A DNA stretch of 64,000 bases from Octopus bimaculoides (GCF_001194135.2 NC_068981.1:11035095-11099094); one strand, 5' to 3'. Shown: positions 50,201-62,118, counted from the first letter of the stretch. The notes: generated by a model not told the origin, from the letters alone. Program-made: numbers and translations.

Positions 50201-51339
50201 CAAGTATCTCTAAGTGGGAATCAAATATCGTCGGAGACATGTCTTTCCGAGCAGATTAGATTGTGAAATACATCCCATGTGATACACTTACAAAAATCAA
50301 TCATTCTAGGCAGCTTCTATAATGAATAATTCACTTTCACCAAAAATCGAAATATATAAAGATATTTTAGGCAGAGAAATCATATTACAAGAGTTATCTT
50401 AACGTCTCTGTTTATAATTAGATTGAAATGTAAAATTAGCTAAAGCAATTACAATTCCGCTTCTTTTCGCCAACCTTTTGGTATTAATTTTGTAATTCCC
50501 CTTGCAGTATTTCAAAATTAGCTTGTTGATTAGCTCTTGTCATTTGTAAAAAAATAAATCCTCAAGCATTTTTACTTTCATTTAAAATTAAATCTAGAAC
50601 ATTTTATATTAGTTTACAAAAAATAAATAGATAAATAAAAAAAACAAAAACAAAAACAAACTAAAACAAATTTCGTTCGATAAAGCAAAGAAACGAATAA
50701 ACAAATAAAAGATGTTATTTTTGCCAGAAGGTAAGAATTTTGTAAAGTTTAAAATAATAATAATAAGAAAACGTAAAATCAATAACTTCGAATACAATCA
50801 ATGCTTTGCTCCCCTAAGGCACGAAAACATTCAATGTTTCAGATCTGACATGAGAACGGCAGAAGAAAAGAATAATATTAAGTAAAAGTTGTAATTATAG
50901 AGAGTTTATATTTAAGTGAAAATTTATTTTCTTTTAAAAGTTTACGAAGGAATGTGGGTTGATGATACGAAATAAATTTACGAAATAAATTTACCATCAC
51001 TAATTAACTGTTTTATACTGAGCCCTGCTCTTATGAGATAACACGTTGCTTATTTTAAGAGTATATACTAAATGAAATATATATACTGAGATAATAATAA
51101 TGAATACGAAAGTTGTGAAACTTTCTGCAAGATTTAATATAATTTCATTGATATTCTGACTCGCTGCATCACTATTCACACACAAACATACAGATTTCAC
51201 GCACACATGCGTAGTTATGTGTATAGCAACAAATCAATATCTTTATTTATTTATATATACACACACACAAACATATATACACACACGCTGTCTCAATCTC
51301 TTGATTCCAGGTACAATTCCGTTGAGTGACATCGTCGAA

Positions 51340-51419
51340 TGAATACATACATACATACATACATACATACATACATACGTACATACATACATACATACAT
51401 ACATACATACATTCATACA

Positions 51420-51450
<31 letters not shown>
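51340..51450. repeat. (CATA)n microsatellite
   Basis: Seen directly. Confidence 0.95.
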
Positions 51451-51455
<5 letters not shown>

Positions 51456-51633
51456 TATTATTAATAAATTATAGGGCAGCAAATAAAATTTTAGAAATTT
51501 TATTTACCACCAGTGGTCTAGAGAGAATAAAAATCAGTCAATAGACTATATATTATTCATTTAAAATACAGAGATGCCTATAATAGGACATCTGACCCGC
51601 TAGAAAGAGCAGCAAAAAACATATACACCCCCC

Positions 51634-51681
<48 letters not shown>

Positions 51682-52455
51682 GAATATATGAGTACAGGAC
51701 GTCCCCAACAGTAACATACAGAAAGTAACATAAAGAACGACCTTTCATCAGTTGTCGGCTGTCTGTTTACTCCTCATCTCGAGCATTGAACTGTGACGCA
51801 GTAGTTTATAGTATACAATGCCACGTATACACAGTTATAAACACAACCATACATATTTACTGCTGGATGCATTGCCTTACCATTTCTACACCTGCAAACA
51901 TGAATTTATAATGCTTAAACAATGAAATTTTGAAATGTTTCCTTTGAAGGTGTGGAAACATCAGAGAGCTGCCTAATATTAATGTTAATACTGATGTCTT
52001 GTCAGAATGTATAAGCCATTCGAGGTAAATGTATTCGTATAATTAATGTTCTTAGCTGTGACATCTAGTATATTTAAGCTTTCAAGAATGTCGATTGATT
52101 TTCTCAAGTTAAGTGTGTTTCACTTTGAAGGTAAAAGCCAGCGCAGTTTTCGTACAGCAGTAGAAACATATTGAAACAACTACAGTAATACGATTCCAGT
52201 TTTATGAATCATAGACACACAGATATATACGCATATGTATAGTAATGTTTCTTGTTACATCAAGTTAAAAATNNNNNNNNNNATATATATATATATATAT
52301 ACATGTATGTGTGTGTGCATAATATAACAGAGATGCTTGCAGAAGAATAAACTTATATCAAATCCCATATCTGTATGGGAAGTATAATGAGAGATAAGAT
52401 CTCAGCAATTAGAGTCCACAATTCATGTTAGAGTCTTATCAATAAAACTCAGGAT

Positions 52456-52696
52456 GAGTGGTTCTGAACTGGTGGTCATATGTCCTTTCGGTGGCCATAT
52501 AAAATCCATGTGCAAAAGATTAGCTATATTTCTACAATGCACAAAATATTCAACATTTTTCTTACATTATTCTTAAAAATATTTAATCATAAAGATATAA
52601 TAGGAGCTTTTAGCTATCTAATTAATATGATTTTCCCCACCCTTGAATAAAATAAGAATCAAAGCGGTCCATGGGGAAAATGGTTGAGAACCACTG
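52456..52696. mobile_element. 241-bp hAT/Charlie-like MITE
   Basis: TIRs GAGTGGTTCTGAACT and TGGTTGAGAACCACTG (12/15 match); decayed 8-bp flanks CTCAGGAT and CTCTAAAT. Confidence 0.6.
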
Positions 52697-52719
52697 CTCT
52701 AAATAAATGTTATAAAGGT

Positions 52720-52998
52720 CCCACGGGCATATGGCGTAGTGGTTAAGAGCGCGGGCTACTAACCTCAAGATTCCGAGTTCGATTCCAGGTAGTGACCTGA
52801 ATAATAATAATAATGATGATAATAATAATGATAATAATAATAATAATAATAACATCGAAAAATACCTTAGGAATGATAACCCAGGTTCGAAATTTCCCCA
52901 AGACTCCTGATGAAGGCTGGAGGGTATATCAGCCGAAACGTTGTGTTAGCAGACAAGATGAGGACAAATATCCTCCAATTGTAAATCATGTAAATAAT
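52720..52998 (+). mobile_element. tRNA-like head plus (AAT)n plus HHR module (same family as 44310-44600), without an ORF
   Basis: Head 52725-52797, (AAT/GAT)n 52801-52851, CATCGAAAAATACCTTAGGAATGA body, HHR, GATGAGGACAA tail. Confidence 0.85.
52902..52947 (+). ncRNA. Minimal type-I hammerhead motif
   Basis: GACUC-CUGAUGA-A-GGCUG gagggUaUaU CAGCC-GAAAC-GUU-GUGUU: 5-bp stem II, palindromic AACGUU stem III, one stem I mismatch (52905), weak GUU triplet. Confidence 0.7.
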
Positions 52999-53914
52999 GT
53001 TCTAGTTAACTGTTCTACTGAAATAAAATGCATATACACAGAAGTTTGAATTCCATAAGCGCACTTATGGACTTTAAACTTCTCGCTGCTATTTCATATT
53101 CCCTAACTTTATATGAAAAATGTCTGCAAACACTTTTTCCAACGTCATAAATGTCGGTTCCTTAGATTCAAGTAAAAGAGAACGTTTAAGTGTAATAATA
53201 TATTTGTATATATTTTGGTGATGATACTTCAAGGGAAATTTCACTGTCTTATTTCACAGTTAATAAAGGAATCTACGGTATATTTTGAGAAGAGACGGGA
53301 AGGTGTGTGCTTACTTTGCAGATTTTAAATATCAAACACAGAGTAGACCTTGGAGCGAGAGGGGAAGTCACTAAATTACTGAAAAGGTCGCAAACAGCGT
53401 CGAAAGAACTTTGACTAACAAATAACCGACTGATTGCTTAATCTACACATTAAACAAATAATCGTTTCGTTAGTTATATATGTAAACATTGACTAACAAT
53501 TAAGAAGTGGAATTGAACCTGTGCGTGTGTTATCAATATTGGCGTAATGACTCTCCCAAGACACAACAGCATATAAAATCCTTATAGGTAATTATTTTCC
53601 GATTATCTTTTTTCTCAGCTTACTGGATGTATCTACGCGTATATCCGACTTCTAGCGCGTGGTTTCCATTTTACATTCGTTCATGATCAAGCGGTCAGGG
53701 TGATAGTCCAATAGAGTAGATGTCTTGTCTCACATTTGGGGGAAAGGAGTTATCGTGAGCTGGGTCTCAAAGATCTCGATTCCTATACACAAAGGTAGAA
53801 TATGAAATCCGAGGGACGGAAGAGACACCAGAAGGCATTCAATCCATTATTCTAGCGATTCAAAACCAATTCATCGCCTGTTCACAGCTGCTTCTTTCTT
53901 CCTTCTTTTCTTTT

Positions 53915-53990
53915 TGTTTGTTTGTTTGTTTGTTTGTTTGTTTGGTTGTTTGTTTGTTTGTTTGTTTGTTTGTTTGTTTGTTTCTTTCTT
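53915..53990. repeat. (TTTG)n microsatellite
   Basis: Seen directly. Confidence 0.95.
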
Positions 53991-54018
53991 TCTTTCTCTC
54001 TTTCTTTCTGTGTCCTTA

Positions 54019-54493
54019 TGTGACACAGAACGCTTGTGTCACATAGCCAAGTGGAAACGGTATTTCTTGGGGCTAAATAACAGTAGGATTCTTCCATTTC
54101 CCGGGACTACTACAATAAGTTGGCAACAAACCATCACTTTATCGTTCTGCTATTTTATAAGTCTCTCTGAGAGATTTAGAAATGCAATATTTCTAATTTT
54201 GTAGATCAGTGAATTTATTTCACTTGAAACTCTATATGTTTTCAAAGGTGAATAAGCATCGACAGCTAGCAAGTCAAACTACTCCAGACTGATGAAGAGC
54301 AATGATTCTGAAACTAGTCTTTGGATGTTGGCTTTGCTGGGTGGAGGTGCTTATCTTCCTTGTTTGAAAACATAAAGATACAGAACACTTGTGTCACATA
54401 GCCAACTGGAAACGGCGTTTCCTGGGGCTAAATAGCAGTAGCATCCTTCCCTTTCCTGGGATTGCCACATTAAGTTGGCAACAAACCATCACT
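54019..54493 (+). mobile_element. HHR-repeat family locus 3: about 1.3 tandem monomers (period 355)
   Basis: CAGAAC.CTTGTGTCACATAGCCAA.TGGAAACGG at 54026 and 54381; flanked by (TTTG)n and (TA)n plus a gap. Confidence 0.85.
54283..54325 (+). ncRNA. Complete minimal type-I hammerhead ribozyme motif
   Basis: UCCAGA-CUGAUGA-AGAG caauga UUCU-GAAAC-UA-GUC|UUUGGA: 6-bp stem I, 4-bp stem II, palindromic ACUAGU stem III, GUC triplet. Predicted cut after 54319. Confidence 0.88.
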
Positions 54494-54647
54494 GTATATA
54501 TATATATNNNNNNNNNNNNNNNNNNNNNNNNNNNNNNNNNNNNNNNNNNNNNNNNNNNNNNNNNNNNNNNNNNNNNNNNNNNNNNNNNNNNNNNNNNNNN
54601 NNNNNNNNNNNNNNNNNNNNNNNNNNNNNNNNNNNNNNNNNNNNNNN

Positions 54648-54679
<32 letters not shown>

Positions 54680-54687
54680 ATTAATTT

Positions 54688-55452
54688 ACAAAGGTACCGT
54701 TAATTCTATTATTATCCAATGTCACTAATTTAAGAATGATAATAACAGAATCAACGATAAAGGCGACTGCAGGCCAAAAATGGCATTTAAAAAGCCGAAG
54801 GATTATAATTAATCAAAGGACATACCTAAGTATGTCTACCTGCTTGAAATGACAGTCAAAACTCGTTATTAAGTCGCCAAAAATACACTGGTAATTACTA
54901 CAGAAATCAAACGAAGGCAAAATTGGTTAAGACAATCTACTTACATACATGTGGATTTACGTGGACTAGTTTCTGCATTGACATTAATATGCCTTAGCTT
55001 CTTCAGCACGCATCACCATAACAGAGATCGTTAACCTGTCCTGTTATAATCATTCTTAAATTAATGACATTGAATAATAATAGAAGTAACGGTACCTTTG
55101 TTTATTAATTTTATATTATAATCTCGTAAAATTCGGCAACGAGATTATGTTACACTAGAAAGCTGCTCCGATTTCGGCGCGAAACGAATCAGTAGTGGCA
55201 CAGATTTCGTGAAGGACTGGTTAACGATCACTATTTATGGTGATGCGTGCTAAAGAACCTAAGGCATATTAATGTCAATGCAGAAACTAGTCCACGGAAT
55301 TCCGCATGTATGTAAGTTGACTGCCTTAACCAATTTTGCCTTCGTTTGATTTCTGTAGTAATTACCAGTGTATATTTGGCGATGTAACAACGAGCTTTGA
55401 CTGTTATTTCAAGCAGGTAGACATACTTAAGTATGTCCTTTTATTAATTATA
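54688..55452. repeat. Two interleaved long inverted repeats (A-B-A'-spacer-B'), fold-back-like element
   Basis: A 54688-54748 versus A' 55041-55101 (57/61 identical); B about 54804-55041 versus B' about 55214-55452 (about 238 bp, roughly 85-90% by eye). Confidence 0.9.
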
Positions 55453-56733
55453 TATATAGATAGATAGATAGATATAGATATATATGCAGAGAGAAAGAGA
55501 GAATGGGAAAGAGAAAGAGAGAGACGGAAAAAGAAAGAGAGAGAGAGAAAGAGTGATATATATATATATATATATATANNNNNNNNNNNNNNNNNNNNNN
55601 NNNNNNNNNNNNNNNNNNNNNNNNNNNNNNNNNNNNNNNNNNNNNNNNNNNNNNNNNNNNNNNNNNNNNNNNNNNNNNNNNNNNNNNNNNNNNNNNNNNN
55701 NNNNNNNNNNNNNNNNNNNNNNNNNNNNNNNNNNNNNNNNNNNNNNNNNNNNNNNNNNNNNNNNNNNNNNNNNNNNNNNNNNNNNNNNNNNNNNNNNNNN
55801 NNNNNNNNNNNNNNNNNNNNNNNNNNNNNNNNNNNNNNNNNNNNNNNNNNNNNNNNNNNNNNNNNNNNNNNNNNNNNNNNNNNNNNNNNNNNNNNNNNNN
55901 NNNNNNNNNNNNNNNNNNNNNNNNNNNNNNNNNNNNNNNNNNNNNNNNNNNNNNNNNNNNNNNNNNNNNNNNNNNNNNNNNNNNNNNNNNNNNNNNNNNN
56001 NNNNNNNNNNNNNNNNNNNNNNNNNNNNNNNNNNNNNNNNNNNNNNNNNNNNNNNNNNNNNNNNNNNNNNNNNNNNNNNNNNNNNNNNNNNNNNNNNNNN
56101 NNNNNNNNNNNNNNNNNNNNNNNNNNNNNNNNNNNNNNNNNNNNNNNNNNNNNNNNNNNNNNNNNNNNNNNNNNNNNNNNNNNNNNNNNNNNNNNNNNNN
56201 NNNNNNNNNNNNNNNNNNNNNNNNNNNNNNNNNNNNNNNNNNNNNNNNNNNNNNNNNNNNNNNNNTATATATATATATATATATGTAAAGAAACATAGAA
56301 ACCAGCAATACAGACGTAAACATTCAGTAAAATGTATTTCAGTTTAATTACTCGTAAGAAAAAAATAATTTATCATCATGTTAATAAAACTATTGCGAAA
56401 AACATTTTATGAAATCATTATTGAACAAATGTTCTCCAATTTTCTTCTCAAACTGGAATAATTTGCTGTTGAGCAGAGTAAATATTGTTGTCAATTATTA
56501 AAGAGGTATCTGATATTTAATGATACCTTATATGTCGAGTCATCGTTCGTAGAGTACAACTGAACAACAATATGTTTTTTTCTTATCATAGGCTTGTCAT
56601 ACAGAGTAAACAGAGTTTGATAGTGGATCAATTAAAATTTCTTAATTTGTCAGAAATATCTGCATTAATGAAAACGAGTTGAAACGGTTAAACAAAGTTT
56701 GTAAAGAATTTTGTTTCAGTAGCGTTTTATAAA

Positions 56734-56860
56734 AGGCGGCAAGATGGCGGAAACGTTAGCACGTAAGACAATATATTTAGCCGCATTTCTTATGGCTCTT
56801 TACGTTCTGAGTTCATCTCTCACTTGTCATCACCTCGGGGTCGATAAAGTAAAAGATAAA
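56734..56860 (+). mobile_element. Decayed SINE (GGCGGCGAGCTGGCAG family)
   Basis: GGCGGCAAGATGGCGGAAACGTTAGCACG...TACGTTCTGAGTTCA...CGGGGTCGATAAA. Confidence 0.7.
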
Positions 56861-57159
56861 TCCAGTACTTCGGCCCAGAAAATGGGCATCTCCCACCCTC
56901 GAGGGAACTTTCAGAGGACTGTTGTCATCTCTGGTCCTCATACGTCATGAAAGCCGGGTAACAAACCTTGACTCCTCGGGAGTCAAAATAAAATGTTTGA
57001 AATACAGCAAATACCCTTCAGTTTGCTTTGAATTTCGTCAACGAAGTTTTAATTTCAATATAGTTATAACGAATTATACATACAGACACAGACACATAGA
57101 CACGCACGCACACACGTACACACACATACTCACATACACACACATGCAATATATATACT

Positions 57160-58835
57160 CTAAAACAAAACTAAGACCTATAATAGCAGGTCCGGCATGC
57201 GAAACCCACTGCCTCAGTAAATTTTGGACATCCTCTTAAAACCATTCCTCAAGCATATCAAAAGCTACACAAGGGACGACCTAGATATGCTCTATCACCT
57301 CCCTAAAACAATAAACAAAATTCACCCTACTAATATCCATCGATGTAATCAACCTCTATTCCAATATCCCCCACAATCTAGGAATAGAGGCAATTCAATT
57401 CTGGCTAGAGAATTACTCCAATGTACTCCCTCATCGCATCAAAAAAGAATTCGTAATAGAAGGGCTAAAATTCCTCTTGGAGAATAACTACTTTGGTTTC
57501 GAAGACAACTTCTATCGACAAAAATCAGGGACTGCGATGTGTACGAAAATGGCCCCCCCCACTCCTTTGCTAACCTAGTCATGTGATAACTAGAAATCAA
57601 TCATTATCGTAAGGTATTAGATAAATACGGCAGATCATTCTTCCTCTCCAAAGGAAGTAACTGGAAGACTTTCATTCTTTCGCATGAAAATTTGGATGGC
57701 TGTTTCATTCTTTGGCATGAAAATGTAGAGAGACTTCAAGAATTTCAAGCACTTATAAATGGACTTGAAATGAAGATTTAATTTAGGAGGGAATATAGCT
57801 ATCAACAACTTCCATTCTTCGACATCCTCCTTAAGAAATCCAATAACAAAATAAAAACTGATATATACTATAACTGGTCAACTTATGTCACCCCAGATAC
57901 ATTAGAATGAATATCCCCTTCAACCTAGCAAAAAGGATTTGTACTATAGTTTCCAATACAAGCACCAAGGACACGTGACTATATGAACTAAAGGATACAC
58001 TCATTACCAGGAACTATTCACCATCACTAATTGACATATGCTTTCAACGTGCCCTTCAACTCAACATCTACGAACTGAGACATCCCAAACTAAAGAAGCA
58101 TTTACAACCAGAAGCCTTACCATACATCTCCATACAAAAGCCCCATAACAATGAAGCCTTCGATACCATCCCCAAGAACATTCCCCTACTAAAAAGGGAC
58201 CACAGAATGAATTTAATCCTCCAAACTCACACCATCATGCGAAAAGTCTCTTAAAACAAGTCCAAGTACACTCGACAACAACACTGAAGCCGTTAGTAAA
58301 AAAATGCGGAAGACCTAACTGTGGGATATGCGTCAATTTAATCTAGGGATCAGAGTTCTCCTTCAATCAAGGATAACGTTTCACAGTGAAAAGCAACTTC
58401 ATATGTGCTTCGGAGAACCTGATATACGCACTAACCTGCTCAGGGTGTCGAGTGCAATACATAGGCCAAACCCAAAACAGCCTATGTCAAAGGATGGCTC
58501 TACATAGATCCCAGATCAAAATTCGAGAATACATAAAAATAGCATTCAGTGAACACATCGACATTTGCGCGACTATCGAACAACCCAGCTTCAGAAGTTT
58601 TCCCCTGTATAAATTCAGGGGCGATATAATATATGACACTACAACCAGGGCCTTAGCATAATACCCACGCAAATATTAGAAACGATATATTCAGACAGTC
58701 GCTACCCATGAATTTATTCAGAACAATTCCAATCACTGCTATTACTACAACAAGTTACTTTTAGATCACTTGACCATTCAAGAGTATTCCACCAACATCC
58801 TACCACTGTCATACCACTCGCGTATTTTTATTATT
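57160..58835 (+). mobile_element. 5'-truncated Penelope-like element (RT plus GIY-YIG), pseudogenised
   Basis: LRPIIAGPACETH.., LDILLKPFLKHIKSY, DV.NLYSNIP, FYRQKSGTAM, NIPFNLAKRICTIV, linker KCGRPNCGIC, then LIYALTCSGCRVQYIGQT..RMALHRSQI..FSEHI (GIY-YIG with CxxC). Many frameshifts. Confidence 0.92.
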
Positions 58836-58945
58836 CTTTCTTCTTCTTCTTCTTCTTCTTCTTCTTCTTCTTCTTCTTCTTCTTCTTCTTCTTCTTCTNN
58901 NNNNNNNNNNNNNNNNNNNNNCTCCTCCTCCTCCTCCTCCTCCCC
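58836..58945. repeat. (TTC)n/(CTC)n microsatellite at the PLE 3' end
   Basis: Seen directly; spans a small gap. Confidence 0.95.
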
Positions 58946-60867
58946 CCTCTATCTTCTTCCTTCTTCTCCTCCTCTTTCTTCGGCTACTATTGCTACTTAA
59001 ACAATCAAAACCAAGAATTCATATAAAATATTCTTTTAGGACTGCTACTACCTACTACCAGCTACCAAGCCTTCACAAGAAGTAAAAAAAAAAGACAGAC
59101 AGACAGACAGAAAACAAGAAAACGTCCCTTGTATTTGAAAACAATGGATATATTAAAAAAAAAAAGATTTAGTTTTTCCACAATTTAATTGTTTTTCATG
59201 CTTTACTCTAAGTTGAAAAAGTCGCAAAGACTGGAACCGGTACTAAAATGTTCTTCACGATAAAATTATTTTAGCATTTCCTACTTTGTCTTATTTTCCT
59301 CATATATATATATACATGTATGTAAATGAGATCCCTCCTCTCCCTAGCCAGGATCTTTTAGGCCTCACACGTGGTATTATCTCGCATACCATGGCAATTG
59401 AACTGGTTGTAACAATAGAACACCACACTATGAAATAATCTGCTGTCAACTGTACACCTTGGCATCGATTAAAACTGGCATCGATTTTAGAAATAAATTT
59501 CGTATAAGTTTTCTATTGATCCCTAAAATTTCAGTATCGGATTCCTGTGAACTCCAGGCATGAAATTAATTTACTTGGTACTACTTATGCAACAGTTAAA
59601 ATATAGGTCTACAACTTGGAGTTGGCATTCGACGCAAGTTTACGTCGCAGTGAATTAATTTCTACGATTATAGATTTGTTATGTATTCTTCGTTGGCAAA
59701 TGTTATATAGAAATAGTCTTACTGACCTCTACATGTCTTTGAGATTTAACAGATGAATGTTAGCCATTTTCAATTCCAATTTTCTCCTTTTGACATTATC
59801 CTTGACGGCCAGCCAAACACAAAAGCTTCAATTATCATTTTAAATATGCTTCGAAGAATCCTGTTTGCGCTCCAGGTGGTTTCCTGTGTTATTTTATGTA
59901 TGCCTCACTACACTCTGATAACGACTACCACGATTTTGGTCTACAGCCAAACGCCTTTGTCTCATCATTGAGAACATTTTTCTTTTCGTTTCTTCATTGA
60001 TCCAGATACGTCGATCCTATATGCTTTTCATTGTAACAAAAATATTCCCGTATAACATTTTACTCGTCTGGATAACCTTTTTATTCAGCTTTTCAAGTTA
60101 ACACGCACACTTGTTTAGATTTCTAAAGAAGGTGTATTTAGTCATACAAGTTTCTTATGTAAATAAAGCCACCCTGTGTTGTATAAAAAATGTCAACTAT
60201 TTGCTGTTTCCAAATCAGGCAACGCTCATTTGGAAACTTGTCTCTGACGTCATGAAGCTCACATGTTACAATTCTCTTGTTGTTTATGTCAGTGTTAACA
60301 GGTTTTCTGGAACTAATGCTTTTTGTGAGTTATTTTAGGTTTTTAATCTTAACTGAAGAAACTACGATTTACATACAACATATACAAAACTGAATATTAC
60401 GTAATGTTCCACATTACCAAAATCTAAAACACAGTGAAAGCAATGAGTGAGAGATAATACATATACAGATCGAAAGACAGAGAGAAAGAGTGATAAAGAG
60501 AGATCGGTTGTGCAAAAGAGAGAGATAAATTGATGATGATACAGAGTCTGAGATTTGTAGATCTAAAAGATGAGTTATATCTCGTAATAAATTTTATTTT
60601 ATTTTATCATTATTTACGGATAACTTTCTCTTTGCGGCGCAGATTTTGAAAATCAATTTCGTTTTACACGAGGACGCACCGCGTCAAAGCATTTCTGGGC
60701 TAAACAAACATACATAACCACACACCATTGCATCTATATTATGGATACATACATTGTATGATATATCATACACATAAATGCATATAGTTATACACAGTCT
60801 CAAAAGCACTCATATATCAAGAATCAGACATCTTGTTCTTCTGTAAGAAATCTCTATCAACTGAATA

Positions 60868-61078
60868 TTGGTTTCAAATTCTGACACAAGGTCAGCTATT
60901 TCGGGAGTGTGGATTACATTGAACCCACTGATCAGCTTGTGCTATTTTTTTTATCGACTCTGAGAAGATGAACGGCAAAATCGACCTCAGCGGAGTTTGA
61001 ACTCGGAACGTAAAGACGGACGAAATGCCGCTAAGCATTTTGCCCAGCGTGTTAACGATTCTGCTGGCCCGCCACCTT
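60868..61078 (-). mobile_element. tRNA-derived SINE (GGCGGCGAGCTGGCAG family)
   Basis: Reverse complement GGTGGCGGGCCAGCAGAATCGTTAACACGCTGGGCAAAATGCTTAGCGGC...CCGAGTTCAAACTCCGCTGAGGTCGA. Confidence 0.85.
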
Positions 61079-62029
61079 AGAATCAACTGAATTTTATAAT
61101 GATAATTAAATGCAAATGCACATATATATGCACACATTCATGCTTACATGCTTATATATGTGCATGTATATATGAGTATATGTGTGTATATATATATATA
61201 TTTATATATATATATATATATATATNNNNNNNNNNNNNNNNNNNNNNNNNNNNNNNNNNNNNNNNNNNNNNNNNNNNNNNNNNNNNNNNNNNNNNNNNNN
61301 NNNNNNNNNNNNNNNNNNNNNNNTATATATATACATATATATATATATATATACATATGTATATATACATACATACATACATATATCTATATAGGCATGT
61401 AGAGTCCTGAGGTATTTTATCAACCATGAAAAGATTCTAACGAGAAATGTTACCTCGTATATCGCATAACTAATAAGTTAACAATTTCGGCCTGAAGACA
61501 CAGACATAATTGTTATCATGAAAAGAGTCTCAGGTGTTCTAATCGTTAGCTATTTCTGTAGAGATTCTCTTATTATTTATAATATGAATAGAATCGATAA
61601 AGTACCAGGCTATTTTGCCCTGAAGAGCTATACATACTTGCGTATTCTGTTGAAAATGCTGAGCTGTATTCTTGGCCAAGTTACTTATCTGAAGCTAGTG
61701 TGTATATTTACCTGGAAATGCGTATCTAATGATGAAATTCTAAAATCGTATATAATTCATATCTTTGTCATTCACGTAGATAAAACACTGAACTCGACTG
61801 GTGAGTTAATAATAATAGTTACTAACTCTCAGTTCTAAAGTAGATTCATCTTTTAAGATTAACAAGACAACTGCGTGTTTCTGTGTTTGATTTTCATCAA
61901 TATTTCAATTGTCTACGGATATAACTTGAACAGAGATAGAATCCGCTGAGATAACAGACGACATTTTAAGCTACGGATCTTAAATTCCTCATTGCTAAAA
62001 ATTTTGTTTATATTGTAATGGGGTTGGTG

Positions 62030-62118
62030 ATGGGGGCGAACTGGCAAAATCTTTAGCATGCCGGCTAAAATGCTTCGCGTCATTTCGTTCGTCTTTATGT
62101 TCTGAGTTTAAAATTGCC
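62030..62118 (+). mobile_element. SINE head fragment
   Basis: GGGGGCGAACTGGCAAAATCTTTAGCATGCCGG...TTCTGAGTTTAAA. Confidence 0.65.

Noticed and set aside
51695-51757. CTGATGA on the minus strand in a PLE-like repeat
   Set aside because: The GAAA box is missing.
44518-52797. The three 73-nt tRNA-like sequences as real tRNA genes
   Set aside because: Broken T stem and short anticodon stem, and embedded in repeats, so treated as tRNA-derived heads.
59750-60340. Possible decayed integrase-like coding remnant on the minus strand
   Set aside because: No diagnostic motif could be reconstructed by eye.
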